The notes below the pieces were generated by a model. The model saw only the letters and a list, made by a program, of their open reading frames with translations. It did not search any database and was not told the DNA's origin. DNA of 63,982 bases, filler included, from Candidatus Fermentibacterota bacterium (GTDB lineage Bacteria; JAFGKV01), in the NCBI GenBank assembly GCA_016928395.1. It is 6 parts of 6 records of this genome, joined end to end, with 100 filler letters (N's around TTAATTAATTAA, not from the genome) between each part and the next. Parts side by side here need not be neighbours in the genome. Positions count along the whole stretch, not along the records: positions 15,724 to 23,941 come from JAFGKV010000125.1; positions 24,042 to 54,627 come from JAFGKV010000017.1; 4 more parts are not named here. One strand, given 5' to 3'. Positions 18,275 to 29,208 of the stretch are shown here, in pieces. The first letter of the stretch is position 1; each line of letters opens with the position of its first letter. A program made the position numbers and the translations under genes.

Positions 18275-18963
18275 GCCGCGCGATCCTCTGCAATCTTGCC
18301 GTCCACCAACCGGACGATTCTCCGTGCCTCGGCCGCCACCGTGGCGTCATGGGTCACCACAATCAGGGTATTGCCATCGTCGGAAAGACTGCGGAACAAG
18401 GCCAGGATCTCCACGCCTGTCTTCGTGTCCAGATTGCCTGTGGGCTCATCGGCCAGGATGATGCTGGGGTTAGTGACCAGAGCGCGGGCCACTGCCACGC
18501 GCTGGCGCTGGCCGCCGGACAGCTCAGCAGGCTTGTGATGCATCCGATCCGCCAGCCCCACCTGCTCCAACACCCGTGCGGCCCGCTGGCGTCGGTCTCG
18601 TGCCGAGACGCCGCCATAGACCAGCGGCAGCTCGACATTGGCCTGGGCTGTGGCGCGGGGAAGGAGATTGAAGGTCTGGAACACGAACCCGATCTTGCGG
18701 TTGCGGATGGCGGCCAGTTGATCATCATTGAGGCCCGATACATCCTGCTTTTCAAAGAAGTAGGCGCCCTGACTCGGCACGTCCAGACATCCGATGATGT
18801 TCATGAGCGTCGACTTGCCCGAGCCCGAAGGCCCCATGATGGCCACGTATTCGCGGGGTTCAATGACGACATCCACGCCGCGCAGGGCGTGTACCGGCAC
18901 TTGTCCCACCATATACGTTTTGTGGATACCCTGCAAATCGATCAGCCGGGAGTTGGAGGTCAT
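18271..18963 (-). CDS. ABC transporter ATP-binding protein (MacB/LolD type)
   Basis: [32 protein letters not shown]. Confidence 0.95.
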   Translation of the reverse strand: MTSNSRLIDLQGIHKTYMVGQVPVHALRGVDVVIEPREYVAIMGPSGSGKSTLMNIIGCLDVPSQGAYFFEKQDVSGLNDDQLAAIRNRKIGFVFQTFNLLPRATAQANVELPLVYGGVSARDRRQRAARVLEQVGLADRMHHKPAELSGGQRQRVAVARALVTNPSIILADEPTGNLDTKTGVEILALFRSLSDDGNTLIVVTHDATVAAEARRIVRLVDGKIAEDRAA

Positions 18964-20195
18964 TTCTTCGCCTCTTTGGTGATCTTCACCTTCGTGCCAG
19001 CTCTCAAGTCCCGCAACGTCTCGAAGGGGCCGATGATGACCGTTGCATCAGGATCGAGTCCCCCATGTACCTCGACGTACTGCTCTCCGGAAATGCCCGT
19101 TTCCAGAGGCCGGAATCGGGCCTTGCGATTCACAACTGTGTAGACCCCCTCCTGCTCAGGCGGCTTCCGATCCGGGTTTACCTCAGGTTCCTTCTCTCCC
19201 CGCTCTTTGCGCTCCTCCTTCTCTGGGTCCCGCACGACGAGGCTGGAGATGGGAACCGAGAGCACGCTGTCGCGCCGGGCGGTTTCGATACGCGCGGTGC
19301 CGGTCATTCCGGGACGAACCCCCGCGAATGACTCTGTAAGCAGCACCACCACGGGAAACACGGTTACCTCCTGGGGAGTGCCCCGGTTCTTGATGGTGGC
19401 GCTGGAGCTGACAGAGGTGACCACGGCCTTCAGACTGGTGTCGGGGAATGCATCCAGCTCGACTCTGGCCGCGAGACCCAGGCGCATGTCCACCACCTCG
19501 GTCTCGTCTACTTCGACCTCGGCTTCCATGGTGTCCATGGCGGCGATCTGGATGAGCACCGTGCCTGGATTGTTCATGGTGCCGACCACCGCCATCTCCC
19601 CCTCCTCCACATTCACCTTGCTCACGGTGCCGTCCATAGGGGAGAGGAAGGTGGTTCGCGACAAGATATCCGTCGCACTGGCCAGCACCGCGTCGGCCCT
19701 GGTGACATTGCGGGTGGCTGCGGTTCGCTGGGCGGCCAAGACCTCCACCTGCGTCTTCTGCCGGTCCAGCACTTCCGGCGAGACCAAGTCTTTCTCAAAT
19801 AGACGCTGCAGCCGTTCCAGTTCCTCTCGACCCTGCCGGAGCTGGGCAGCGCTCTGCTCCAGCGCGGCGCGCGCCTGGTCAAGCTCGGCGCGGGAGCGAT
19901 TGACCTGGGCCTCGTATTGCACCGGGTCGAGCTGGAGCAGGAACTGGCCCCGTGTGACCCGCTCGCCCTCCTTGACCGCGATGGCGGTGACCCGGCCCAT
20001 GGCGTCGGCACTCAGCTTGACTTCGGTGGACGGGCGGACCCGGGCAGGCCCCGACACCTCAGACACGAGCGTGCGGCACGCCGCTGTTTCAGTACGCACC
20101 TTGACGGCCTTGCCCTTGCCTTTAACCACCGCCTGGGAAATGCTGCTCACTACAACGAGGCCGACCACGCCGATGACGATCCAGCGCTTCTTCAT
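18960..20195 (-). CDS. MacA-type periplasmic adaptor (membrane fusion protein)
   Basis: N-terminal TM, lipoyl-like [11 protein letters not shown], coiled hairpin, [19 protein letters not shown]. Confidence 0.9.
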   Translation of the reverse strand: MKKRWIVIGVVGLVVVSSISQAVVKGKGKAVKVRTETAACRTLVSEVSGPARVRPSTEVKLSADAMGRVTAIAVKEGERVTRGQFLLQLDPVQYEAQVNRSRAELDQARAALEQSAAQLRQGREELERLQRLFEKDLVSPEVLDRQKTQVEVLAAQRTAATRNVTRADAVLASATDILSRTTFLSPMDGTVSKVNVEEGEMAVVGTMNNPGTVLIQIAAMDTMEAEVEVDETEVVDMRLGLAARVELDAFPDTSLKAVVTSVSSSATIKNRGTPQEVTVFPVVVLLTESFAGVRPGMTGTARIETARRDSVLSVPISSLVVRDPEKEERKERGEKEPEVNPDRKPPEQEGVYTVVNRKARFRPLETGISGEQYVEVHGGLDPDATVIIGPFETLRDLRAGTKVKITKEAKK

Positions 20196-21481
20196 TGCAC
20201 ATCCCCCAGCCGGCCTCTGGCCTCGGCCAGCCCGACGTCGGCGATGCGCACCGCGAAGGTGGCCTCCACCAGGTTCACCCTGGCCCGCTCCAGCGCCAGC
20301 TTGGAATCACCCAAGTCCACAAAGGAGAGAGAGCCCAAGGTGTACTTCTCCTCGGCAAGGCGGTACTCCTCCTCAGCCAGTTCCAGCGCCATCTGGGCAA
20401 CCTCTCGCTGCGCCAGGGCCTCGGCGAGCCCCTGGTGCTGTACTTGCGCGGCATGGCGCAGGGACAGCCGTGCCTCTTCCAGGGCGATATCCGCATCTTT
20501 TGCACGGGCCTTGGCTGTCTGGAGTTGGCCCTTGGTGCTGAACCCATCGAACAGCCGCATGCTGACGGTGAGCCCGATCTTCCAGTAGTCGAAGTCGCGA
20601 AACTCGTCGTTGCTCTCCGGCAGCTCAACGTCGCTCCAGCCATAGCTGGCAGAACCGGTGAGCCAGGGGTAGCGTGTGGCCCGGGCCGCGGTGACGTTCT
20701 TGTTCGCGCTCAGTGCATTCTCCTGGGCCGCCCGCAACGACGGGTGGGATTCCACGTCAGCCAGGCAGGCATCGAGATCGGGCACCTCGGGAAGGCCAAC
20801 GAGCGGTTCTTGGAGCGTGAACAGGCTGCCCGGCTCCATCCCCACGGCCAGCAGCAACGCATTCTTGCCGGTCGAGACTTCGTTCTGACGGCGCATGCGC
20901 TCCATCCTGTCGGTGTAGAGCTGTACCTTGGCCCGCAGGACCTCCTGTCGCGAGGCCGAGCCTATGGTTTCCCTCGCCTGGGCCCGTTCCAGAAGCCGAG
21001 TGGCCACCGCCTCGGCTTCGGTAGCCACGGCGAGCAGGGCCTCGGCTCTGAGCACGGCAAAGAAGCGGCTTGCGACATCCTGCGCGACGGAGCTAAGGGT
21101 TGCCTGGTAGCTGTGCTGTGCGGCGCTGACACCGGCCGATGCGGCGCCCAGAGTAGCCCACGAGGACCATCCATCGAACAGCGACTGCTGGAGCTGAAGC
21201 CCCGCCGAGTAACGGTTGCGGGATATCTTGAACTGATCCTGGTAGAAACTGACCTGCTCCGACGAATACCGGCTGGCATCGCTGTAGACTGACAGGCTTG
21301 GCAGCACGCCAGAGAGCGCCCGGGTGCGCGTCCCCCGGGCCGATGCGATACCGGTCTTCGCCTTCTGGGCCGTCGGGTTGTGCCGTGCGGCCATGGCAAT
21401 GCAGTCATCCAGGGTCCAGACCGCCGGGTCTTGGGGGGAGCCTCCGACTAAGGCCGTGATCAGCACAAGGCTAATGAGCAC
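20192..21481 (-). CDS. TolC-family outer-membrane efflux protein
   Basis: WTLDDCI..A..HNP, LPSL, QSLFDG, two OEP repeats; upstream of MacA/ABC genes. Confidence 0.9.
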   Translation of the reverse strand: MLISLVLITALVGGSPQDPAVWTLDDCIAMAARHNPTAQKAKTGIASARGTRTRALSGVLPSLSVYSDASRYSSEQVSFYQDQFKISRNRYSAGLQLQQSLFDGWSSWATLGAASAGVSAAQHSYQATLSSVAQDVASRFFAVLRAEALLAVATEAEAVATRLLERAQARETIGSASRQEVLRAKVQLYTDRMERMRRQNEVSTGKNALLLAVGMEPGSLFTLQEPLVGLPEVPDLDACLADVESHPSLRAAQENALSANKNVTAARATRYPWLTGSASYGWSDVELPESNDEFRDFDYWKIGLTVSMRLFDGFSTKGQLQTAKARAKDADIALEEARLSLRHAAQVQHQGLAEALAQREVAQMALELAEEEYRLAEEKYTLGSLSFVDLGDSKLALERARVNLVEATFAVRIADVGLAEARGRLGDVQ

Positions 21482-22334
21482 GACGCCACCTCCTCATTCG
21501 TTCAGCCATATCAGCCTCTCTCCGTTGGGTGCAGCTATGCGGGGTGCGGGATATCAGGGAAATCCCGCCACGATCTAACGTCAAAATCACCGTGCCGTCA
21601 CGGTGTGTATCGATCAGCCGAACCTCGGCCGTCAGACGCGTGACGCGGGAATCGGGGAGTTCCCAGGGGTTAGGACCCACGGGCACCAGCACCCACTCTG
21701 GCTTCACCGCGTCCCAGAATCCCCGCGCGATCACATCCCCATGATGGGGGGCGACGAGGATGCCGGACCTCAGGCGTTGTCCCCACCTCGTTGCCAGGGC
21801 TTCTTGAGTATGAACACCGATGTCGGCGGGAAGAAGCACCCGGTGAGTCCCCAGGGTCAGGCTCACCGCCATGCTTGATTCGTTCAGGTTTTCGGTGAGT
21901 GTGTCGGGATGGAGCACCTGGAGCTGGAGGGAACCGACCGCGAGCGAATCACCCGCACGCGCCTGCCGGTAGGGCACGCCGCCCAAGGACCGCCAGAACA
22001 GCGAATCAAAGCTGGCGTGACCTTGGGGAACATTGCCTATCACGAGCCCGACGGGGAAGCGCTTCTGCAGGAGCACGGCCAGGCCCTCGATATGGTCACC
22101 ATGGCCGTGGGAGGCGACCATGAGGGCGAGACTGTCAATCCCGGCCTGGGCCAAGGCGGTTCTCACCAGAGGGGCCTCCTCCCGGTAGCCACCGTCGAAC
22201 AGAATCGCGGTGCCGTCACTATCCTGCGCCAGGATGGACAGGCCGTATCCCACATCAATGAGAGTAAGCCGATACGATTCTCCCCCGGCCGCCAATGGGA
22301 TCGCGAGGAGGAGGGTAGAGATCAGTTGCGTCAC
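21471..22334 (-). CDS. ComEC/Rec2-like metallo-beta-lactamase-fold hydrolase, probably secreted
   Basis: IDVGYG, LFDGG, SHGHGDHIEG, NESS, LLPADI, APHHG; start uncertain (GTG 22334 chosen). Confidence 0.8.
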   Translation of the reverse strand: MTQLISTLLLAIPLAAGGESYRLTLIDVGYGLSILAQDSDGTAILFDGGYREEAPLVRTALAQAGIDSLALMVASHGHGDHIEGLAVLLQKRFPVGLVIGNVPQGHASFDSLFWRSLGGVPYRQARAGDSLAVGSLQLQVLHPDTLTENLNESSMAVSLTLGTHRVLLPADIGVHTQEALATRWGQRLRSGILVAPHHGDVIARGFWDAVKPEWVLVPVGPNPWELPDSRVTRLTAEVRLIDTHRDGTVILTLDRGGISLISRTPHSCTQRREADMAERMRRWRRAH

Positions 22335-22495
22335 GCGACGCGATAGTGTAGCGTACGGCAAGTGTCGCAAGGGTACTCCTGGGATTCGGCGGAATTGTTG
22401 TGGCACGAGGTCTCGCAAGCATATACCCCGCCGCGTGTCGTGTCATTCATGATAGACCTCTCTCCTTCTGACGCACAAAGGGGCAGGTTGGTTCC

Positions 22496-23218
22496 ATGCG
22501 CTTGAACAAATACCTGGCATCGTCCGGCCTGGGATCACGACGGGCATGCGAACAGCTCATCGCCGACGGCATTGTGACCATCAACGGTGAGCCGGCGCAA
22601 GGGCCCTTCCAGCAGGTTGACCCTGCGCGAGATCGAGTCGCAGTCGCGGGCGAGACGGTACGCCCGCCGAAGCACCCGATCTATGTCATGCTCCACAAGC
22701 CCGCGGGGTACATCACTACCGTCAAAGACCCTGAGTCGCGCCGCACCGTGATGTCGCTCCTTCCCAAGACGGCGGAACGGCTCTTTCCCGTGGGAAGGCT
22801 CGACCGTGACAGCGAAGGGCTGCTGCTCTTCACGTCTGATGGTGAGACGGCGAACCGCCTGGCACATCCCCGGTATGGCATTCAACGGTTCTACAGAGTT
22901 GAAGTCAATCTGCCGTTTCCGGCCTCGAAGCTAAGAGATCTGGAGCGGGGAGTCTTTGTCGAGGGAGAGCTGCTGGCCGTGGCCAAGGCGCGGCTTGATC
23001 CGCCCAGGGACCAGGGGAAGCGGTTGGAGCTGGTGCTTGTCACCGGCAAGAAGCGGGAGATCCGGCGCTTGCTGCAGGCCATGGGGTTTGCGGTGACGCG
23101 GATCCTGCGGTACGGGTTCGGGTCTCTGCGCCTGGGGGATCTGCCCTTGGGAAAGACCCGCCGTCTCTCTCCTGCGGAGATCCGGCAGCTCAAGGAGATC
23201 GTGGGAATCAGAGACTAA
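22496..23218 (+). CDS. RsuA/RluB-family rRNA pseudouridine synthase
   Basis: S4 domain MRLNKYLASSGLGSRR, HKPAG, PVGRLDRDSEGLLL, AHPRY. Confidence 0.92.
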   Translation: MRLNKYLASSGLGSRRACEQLIADGIVTINGEPAQGPFQQVDPARDRVAVAGETVRPPKHPIYVMLHKPAGYITTVKDPESRRTVMSLLPKTAERLFPVGRLDRDSEGLLLFTSDGETANRLAHPRYGIQRFYRVEVNLPFPASKLRDLERGVFVEGELLAVAKARLDPPRDQGKRLELVLVTGKKREIRRLLQAMGFAVTRILRYGFGSLRLGDLPLGKTRRLSPAEIRQLKEIVGIRD

Positions 23219-23222
23219 GGGC

Positions 23223-23941
23223 ATGAGGGCCCGAATCGCACTCCTTCTGATTGGGGTGGCCTCGGTGATGGCCTTCCTGATCAATCCCCGGGGCGAGTTC
23301 CCCCTCAATGACGATTGGCTGTACGCCCGGGTGGTCCAGCAGTTTCTGGATACGGGCCGGCTAATGAGACCGCCTCTGGCCGCTGTCAGTCTCGTGGCGC
23401 AGACGCTCTGGGGCGCCACCTGCAGCGCCGTGTTCGGGTTCTCTCACACCACGCTTCGGCTCTCCAGCGTGCTGCTTTACCTGCTGGCGGCACTGGCCAC
23501 GGCCGGTGCGGTCGCCAGGCGTGCGAAGACCTCCCATGCTGCCTTCGCAGGCCTGCTGATCCTGTTGTCACCTCTGGGCCTGGTTTCAGCGTTCTCGTTC
23601 ATGCCCGAGCCGGCTTTGGCGGCGGCGGTCGCCATCACCGTTTTGGCGTGTGTGCTCTGGGAAGAGCAGCAGACGGCGTCGCGGGGGATCGGCCTCGCCC
23701 TGGCGGCGGCCTGCGCCTATCTCGTACACCCGGTGGCCGTGGTGATGCCGCTGTGGGTGTTGGTGCGGGCGTGGAGACGCCCGCCGGTGGTCGGTTCGGA
23801 TGCAGCCATGGTTAGCGATCGATCCTTCGTCCGCTTCCTTCCCGGGCTTGCCGCCCTGGCGGGGGTAGTTCCGTTCCTGGTTTGGTACCTGCACGGCACC
23901 GAGGGTACCATGAGCGGCATGTGGATCAGCCGAAGTTCTGG
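23223..23941 (+). CDS. Polytopic GT-C-like membrane glycosyltransferase (truncated by gap)
   Basis: EFPLNDDWLY motif after the first TM, multiple TM helices. Confidence 0.6.
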
Positions 23942-24041
23942 NNNNNNNNNNNNNNNNNNNNNNNNNNNNNNNNNNNNNNNNNNNNTTAATTAATTAANNN
24001 NNNNNNNNNNNNNNNNNNNNNNNNNNNNNNNNNNNNNNNNN
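23942..24041. other. Assembly spacer
   Basis: N runs around TTAATTAATTAA. Confidence 0.98.
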
Positions 24042-24049
24042 TGGGCGGG

Positions 24050-24101
24050 CCTGATAGCTGAGGGCCGATAGCTGACAGCCGATAGCCAACTGCTGACTGC
24101 C
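24050..24101. repeat. Degenerate 7-mer tandem repeat (GCTGATA/GCCGATA/GCTGACA)
   Basis: cctgata gctgagg gccgata gctgaca gccgata gccaact gctgact. Confidence 0.7.
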
Positions 24102-24174
24102 GGCCGTACTCTCCACTTCGAAAAACCTGGGTGCTCTCGCGCCCTCAGAGGCCTCGCGGGCTTCTGAATTCCGA

Positions 24175-25479
24175 CTAACGCTCGTCTCTGATCAGATTGA
24201 GCAATACCTCCCATTCCGGGTTCGACAGCTCGCCTCGTACGGTGGAGTGAACAAGGCGGAAGTCTCCGTATCCTCGTTCATCAACGAAGATGAACGTGCC
24301 CTGGCCTTCGATGGCATAGTTCCAGATCTCGTGATCGCGGGTGGCGGGATTGGACACATTCCGGTCAAGATCCTTGGGAGGGCCGTAGACGATGTACACA
24401 CGGCCCCTATCGGTGCGCCATCCGGGATCGTGCGCGGTGAAGTACTGATTCGCGTGATCGTACCTCCTGATCATCTCTTCCAGGTAAGGATTGCCCGGGA
24501 TGGTCGGATCAGGGTCGCGGACCGTCCAGAACCGCGTGATGAAGTTGCTCTTTCCGGCATCGTCCAGGCTTTCGAAGAGCGCTCGCTCCTTGGATGAAAC
24601 CAAATAGGCGAGTAAGTCACGGCTCTTCTGGAGTTCCTCCTCGCTCAAGACGAGTGGTTGCGCGCCACCTTTTGGAGCCACCACGTGAAGATCGCGGCTG
24701 ATCGCCGTGCGCAGTCCGGTGGAGGGATCTTCGACCCGGGCCTCAAGATCGTACCTTCCCGGCGGGATACCGGCGAGACTCAATCCGGAAACTCTGACCA
24801 CCCGGGCACCATCCCCCCGGCAGCCACCGGTACGGAAGGAACGCACCTCACGCCCTGCCCGGTCGGTCACGCGGTAGGTGAGACTGAAGCTGTCCGTGAG
24901 GGCGGATTGAGGTGTGAGATTGTAGATCTCCTGATACACATAGAGTATTGGGCTAGCGGCGCCGAAGGCCCGATCGGGCACGGGGACGATCCTGACCCCC
25001 CCACGAAGAAACTGCCCTTCGTCATCCTCCTGCGGCCTGGTGCCGGATAACAGCATGTCAGATAGCATGAGACCCGGGGCAGCGTAGGCGGGAACCCGAA
25101 CTGGCCGGGTGATCGTATACTGGCGGTCGCTCCCGCGGTCCCGTGCCGTGATCACGAACACATACTCTCCTGGGGGCATCTCCAGGGTCGAGCTATCCAG
25201 GAAGTACACATCGTGACCTGAAGAATCGGGAGGTGCCGCCAGCTGCCGTTCCCAGCGATCCGAGAGCAGCGGCGTGCCTGAGGTATCCTGGACAGTCACA
25301 GAAAACGAGACTGCCGCCCGATCTCCTTCCGCCGTCTGAAGCACGCATAGGCTGTCGGTGGAAAGCTTGAGGGAAACTTCAACTACGGTGCCTTCGGCGG
25401 CCTGGAAGGTGGCCGTATCAACCCAGAGCCCCGCCGACGCGGCACCGGCCCACAGCAGAGCGACAACTACCCGCCGCAT
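24175..25479 (-). CDS. GWxTD domain-containing secreted protein
   Basis: Signal peptide; FW..RDPDP..P.N, PGWRTDRGRVYIVYGPP, EIWNY, FIFVD. Confidence 0.9.
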   Translation of the reverse strand: MRRVVVALLWAGAASAGLWVDTATFQAAEGTVVEVSLKLSTDSLCVLQTAEGDRAAVSFSVTVQDTSGTPLLSDRWERQLAAPPDSSGHDVYFLDSSTLEMPPGEYVFVITARDRGSDRQYTITRPVRVPAYAAPGLMLSDMLLSGTRPQEDDEGQFLRGGVRIVPVPDRAFGAASPILYVYQEIYNLTPQSALTDSFSLTYRVTDRAGREVRSFRTGGCRGDGARVVRVSGLSLAGIPPGRYDLEARVEDPSTGLRTAISRDLHVVAPKGGAQPLVLSEEELQKSRDLLAYLVSSKERALFESLDDAGKSNFITRFWTVRDPDPTIPGNPYLEEMIRRYDHANQYFTAHDPGWRTDRGRVYIVYGPPKDLDRNVSNPATRDHEIWNYAIEGQGTFIFVDERGYGDFRLVHSTVRGELSNPEWEVLLNLIRDER

Positions 25480-26723
25480 CGATCCCGCTCCCGCTGGATC
25501 ATTGCGGCAAACCGGCGCATCCCTTCGGTGATCTCCGGAGGAGATACCATGCTGAAGCTTGCCCGCATGCAGTCTCTCATGGGTCTCACCACCGCGAATG
25601 CGCTGCCGGGCACGAGCAAGACACATAGCTCCTCTGCGTCGCTCTTGATCATCCGGTCGGCGTCGAATCCACGCGGCAGCGAAAACCACACAAACATGCC
25701 GTGCCGGGGCACATTATATGCCACATCGGGGGGAAGATACTCCCTTGCCGCTCCGATCATGGCATCCCTGTTTTCCCGGTAGCACCGGCAGTTAGCCTCG
25801 ATGAGTTCCATGAACCCCTCGGGACCGTGGACCTCGAGAAACGAGACGAGCATCTCCTGAGCCGTCATGCTGGTATGGAGATTGGCGCACTGCTTGAACA
25901 GCACGAACTGCCGCATGATGGCCGCCGGCCCCGACGCGTAGCCCAGGCGAAGCCCCGGCGCAAACACCTTGGAGAACGAATCGAGACGAATCACCCTCTC
26001 GGGTGTCCCTTCCAGGGCCTGGAGCGTGGGGAGACGGGCCTCGCTATCGAGCGCAAGCAGCTGGTAGGGATCGTCCTCGAGGATGTAGAAGTCGTAGCGG
26101 CGGGCAAGGTCCAGGAGATGCCTCCGTCGCTCCAAAGAGAGCGTAACGCCCGCGGGGTTGTGACCCGAGGGGACGTCGTAGACGAACTTCGGCATGGGTT
26201 CGCCCCTCGCCGCAGCCGACTCGAGCACATCGGCGAGCTCATCCGTGCACAGCCCGTCGCCGTCCAATCCCACAGTCCGGATCGTCGGGCAAAACGCTCT
26301 CACGGCAGACAGAGTGCCGGGGTACAGTGGCTCGGCGGCGACGATCCAGTCACGCTCATCCAGGAACAGATAGGCGGCGATGAAGAGCCCCTCTTGGCTG
26401 CCATTGAGCACGACCAGCCCCGTATCGTCAAGATTCACGCCGTCCTTGAAGCGCTGCCACTGGGCAATGGCCTTGGCCAGCGCGGGATGGGCGGCGGTCG
26501 GTCCATATTGGGACGCCCGCGCCATGCGGTCACCAGTCAGTGTGACCGACCGGCCGCTTCGAAACGTGACTTCCACCTTGTCAAAGGCGAAGGTGGAGGG
26601 ATTGGGATACCCGCCACCCAAGGATATCATGCCGGGAAGCGACAGATAGGGCATGAGTTCACGGATGGGCGAGGGCTGAAGCCGACCTGCCCGCGCCGCT
26701 AGCCGTTCGCGTAGGCTCCGCAT
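25467..26723 (-). CDS. PLP-dependent class I aminotransferase (LysN/ARO8-like)
   Basis: SPIREL, ISLGGGYPNP, GSQEGL, HNPAG, ILEDDPY, DSFSKVFAPGLRLG; AAGGAGG RBS. Confidence 0.9.
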   Translation of the reverse strand: MRSLRERLAARAGRLQPSPIRELMPYLSLPGMISLGGGYPNPSTFAFDKVEVTFRSGRSVTLTGDRMARASQYGPTAAHPALAKAIAQWQRFKDGVNLDDTGLVVLNGSQEGLFIAAYLFLDERDWIVAAEPLYPGTLSAVRAFCPTIRTVGLDGDGLCTDELADVLESAAARGEPMPKFVYDVPSGHNPAGVTLSLERRRHLLDLARRYDFYILEDDPYQLLALDSEARLPTLQALEGTPERVIRLDSFSKVFAPGLRLGYASGPAAIMRQFVLFKQCANLHTSMTAQEMLVSFLEVHGPEGFMELIEANCRCYRENRDAMIGAAREYLPPDVAYNVPRHGMFVWFSLPRGFDADRMIKSDAEELCVLLVPGSAFAVVRPMRDCMRASFSMVSPPEITEGMRRFAAMIQRERDRCGG

Positions 26724-26805
26724 AGGGCCTCCTTCATTGATAGTCTCCTGCCGCCCGGATCCGCGGGATAGCCTGGCGCGTGACGCCGCATCGTGCTTCT
26801 CCTCG

Positions 26806-27876
26806 TCAGGCACTGGCTGCGCGCCGGAACCGTTCCCATGCATATGAGATCAAGGAGTCGACGATCTGAGAGAAGGTCATTCCTTCTGCCATGAACAGCC
26901 GGGGGAACATGCTGATCTCGGTGAACCCCGGTATGGTGTTGATCTCATTGACCATCACCTCAGCGCCGCTCATCAGAAAATCCACCCGCGCATAGCCCGC
27001 GCCGTCGGCCACCCGATAGGCGGCCACCGCCATCTCTCGAATGGTACGCACCATGTTGGCGGAGAGATCCCGTGCCGGGACAAAGAGCTGGGAATCAAGA
27101 ACATACTTGGATTCATAATCGTAGAACCGGTTACGGGGGACAATCTCCCCCAGCGTGCCAGCGGCCCGAGGGTCATCATTGCCCATGACCGCGCACTCGA
27201 TCTCCCGAGCACCGTTCACCGCCTTCTCGATAATGACGGTTGGCCCGTAGCGCAGAGCCAGTTCCACCGAGGCGAAGAGGCCGTCCGCATCATCGACGCG
27301 AGTGATCCCGATACTTGATCCCAGGGCAGCCGGTTTGACGAAGACCGGCAGGCCCAACTTCTCAAGTGCGGCGCCAGCCTCGTGCTCGCTGTCCGCGGCC
27401 CAGTCCTTGGCGTGGACCGTTTCGAATGCCGGCGTGGGTATGCCGTGATGCAGGAGGAGGGCCTTCAGGATTGGCTTGTGCATACAGACGCTGTTGAAGA
27501 GCACACCACCTCCCACATAGGGCACCCCCGCCGTCTCCAAGAACCCGTGAACGGTACCGTCTTCACCAAAGGGCCCATGCAGCAGGGGAAAGGCCATGTC
27601 CATCGCCGAGAGGATCTCCCAAAGCCCGCTCAGATCCGAATGGGCATGATAGCGATGGCGGGCGGGATCCATGGCGTTCCCATAGGTGCCGGCCAGATGT
27701 GAGTGATCGTACAGCATTTCGATCCGTTCCCATGCGCCGTCCTGCCGGACATGTACCAGCATGACATCGTACCGACTGCGGTCAATGGCCCGCGCTACGG
27801 CGCTTCCCGAGACCAACGACACTTCTCGCTCGCTGGAACGGCCACCCATGATAACGGCAACAGTCGGCTTCGGCAT
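26806..27876 (-). CDS. ddl: D-alanine--D-alanine ligase
   Basis: GGRSSEREVS, LHGPFGEDG, FVKPA..GSSIG, FYDYESKY, NEINTIPGFT. Confidence 0.95.
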   Translation of the reverse strand: MPKPTVAVIMGGRSSEREVSLVSGSAVARAIDRSRYDVMLVHVRQDGAWERIEMLYDHSHLAGTYGNAMDPARHRYHAHSDLSGLWEILSAMDMAFPLLHGPFGEDGTVHGFLETAGVPYVGGGVLFNSVCMHKPILKALLLHHGIPTPAFETVHAKDWAADSEHEAGAALEKLGLPVFVKPAALGSSIGITRVDDADGLFASVELALRYGPTVIIEKAVNGAREIECAVMGNDDPRAAGTLGEIVPRNRFYDYESKYVLDSQLFVPARDLSANMVRTIREMAVAAYRVADGAGYARVDFLMSGAEVMVNEINTIPGFTEISMFPRLFMAEGMTFSQIVDSLISYAWERFRRAASA

Positions 27877-27978
27877 GATCTCCTCCTCTGGACACGACCG
27901 GTTCACCGGTGCAGATTAGCAGCCTCGCCAGCAAAGAGGCAATGTCGCCGTGTATCGGAGCCGCTGTCGGAGGTAGGC

Positions 27979-28926
27979 ATGACTGAACCTGCACACATGG
28001 AGAACCTCCCGCCCGAGAATATCGCTCCCGAGACGTTTCGTGCAGGCCACGTGGCTCTCGTTGGCCGCCCAAATATCGGAAAGTCCACGTTGCTGAATGC
28101 GCTGGTGGGGCAGCCTCTGGCCGCAGTGAGCCACAAGGCGCAGACCACGCGGCTGGTCGTGCGGGGCATCCTGAGTGGTCCGGGATTTCAGCTCGTGCTG
28201 GAGGACACTCCCGGTCTTCTCGACCCCCGCTCCGCCCTAGATCGTTCCATGCTCCGGCTGGCACATCGGACAGCGGCCTATGCAGATCTCGTGGTTGCCA
28301 TGGCACGGCCATGGACATCGACCGTGGCCGAAGACATGCAGATGATCGAATCCCTTCCCGGCCACTCGCCGGTGGTGGTAGCCGTCAACAAGATCGATCT
28401 GGTGGACAAACCGCTCCTCCTTCCTGTGATGGCCCAGGTGGCCTCCCTAACGCGGGTGAGCGAGGTAGTGCCGGTGTCCGCCACCGGACGGGATGGCCTG
28501 GATGCCCTTGTCTGTGTGATGGCCTGCCACGTGCAAACCTCGCCGCCGTTGTATCCTCCCGACCAGGTGAGCGATCAGCCTGAGCGGTTCTTCGTGGCGG
28601 AGATCCTCCGGGAGCAGATCATGCTTCGCTATCACGAGGAGGTTCCCTACGCCACGGCCGTGGAGATCGAGGAGTTCGTCGAACGCGATCGGGGCAAAGA
28701 CTATGTCCGAGCGGTAATCTGGGTGGAACGAGAGAGTCAGAGGATAATCCTCGTGGGCAAGAGAGGCGCCGCCCTCAAGGCGTTGGGCATCCATGCCCGA
28801 ACCGCCGTAGAACAACTGCTGGACCGGCCGGTGTATCTGGAGCTGTGGGTCAAGGTGCGGCCCAAGTGGCGGGATCGTGAGGTCGACCTGGTCCGCTTAG
28901 GATTGGGCTCGGCACCATCTCAGTAG
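27979..28926 (+). CDS. era: GTPase Era
   Basis: GRPNIGKSTL, QTTR, DTPG, NKID, EEVPY, KH domain with LELWVKV; GGAGG RBS. Confidence 0.95.
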   Translation: MTEPAHMENLPPENIAPETFRAGHVALVGRPNIGKSTLLNALVGQPLAAVSHKAQTTRLVVRGILSGPGFQLVLEDTPGLLDPRSALDRSMLRLAHRTAAYADLVVAMARPWTSTVAEDMQMIESLPGHSPVVVAVNKIDLVDKPLLLPVMAQVASLTRVSEVVPVSATGRDGLDALVCVMACHVQTSPPLYPPDQVSDQPERFFVAEILREQIMLRYHEEVPYATAVEIEEFVERDRGKDYVRAVIWVERESQRIILVGKRGAALKALGIHARTAVEQLLDRPVYLELWVKVRPKWRDREVDLVRLGLGSAPSQ

Positions 28927-29065
28927 TCGGAGTGCGCACCCGGGTCATGCCGGGCCACGATCGGGGGAGCGCCTCGGTGGACATAGACGGGAGCGAGTAT
29001 TCGTCCAGCACGGGATGCGCCGGCGATGGAATGTCGCCCCATTCGTAGTGCCGGACACTGAGTCG

Positions 29066-29093
29066 TTGACAGGGCAAGGGCGTCGGGTATCTT
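29066..29093 (+). promoter_or_regulatory. Sigma70-type promoter for the polysaccharide locus
   Basis: TTGACA-N16-TATCTT about 115 bp upstream of the wza-like start. Confidence 0.55.
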
Positions 29094-29208
29094 GGTTCCC
29101 GGTTTCTCTTCTCAATCTCACCCGTGACCTATCCTGTCACAGAACCCATCATCTTGCGCAGGGTCCAACCACCCGAAAAGCACACACAGGGTTCGGAGGT
29201 TTTCTTTC

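Noticed and set aside
26806-27876. ddl as a Van-type D-Ala-D-Lac ligase
   Set aside because: The omega loop FYDYESKY is the D-Ala-D-Ala type, and there are no vanH/vanX neighbours.
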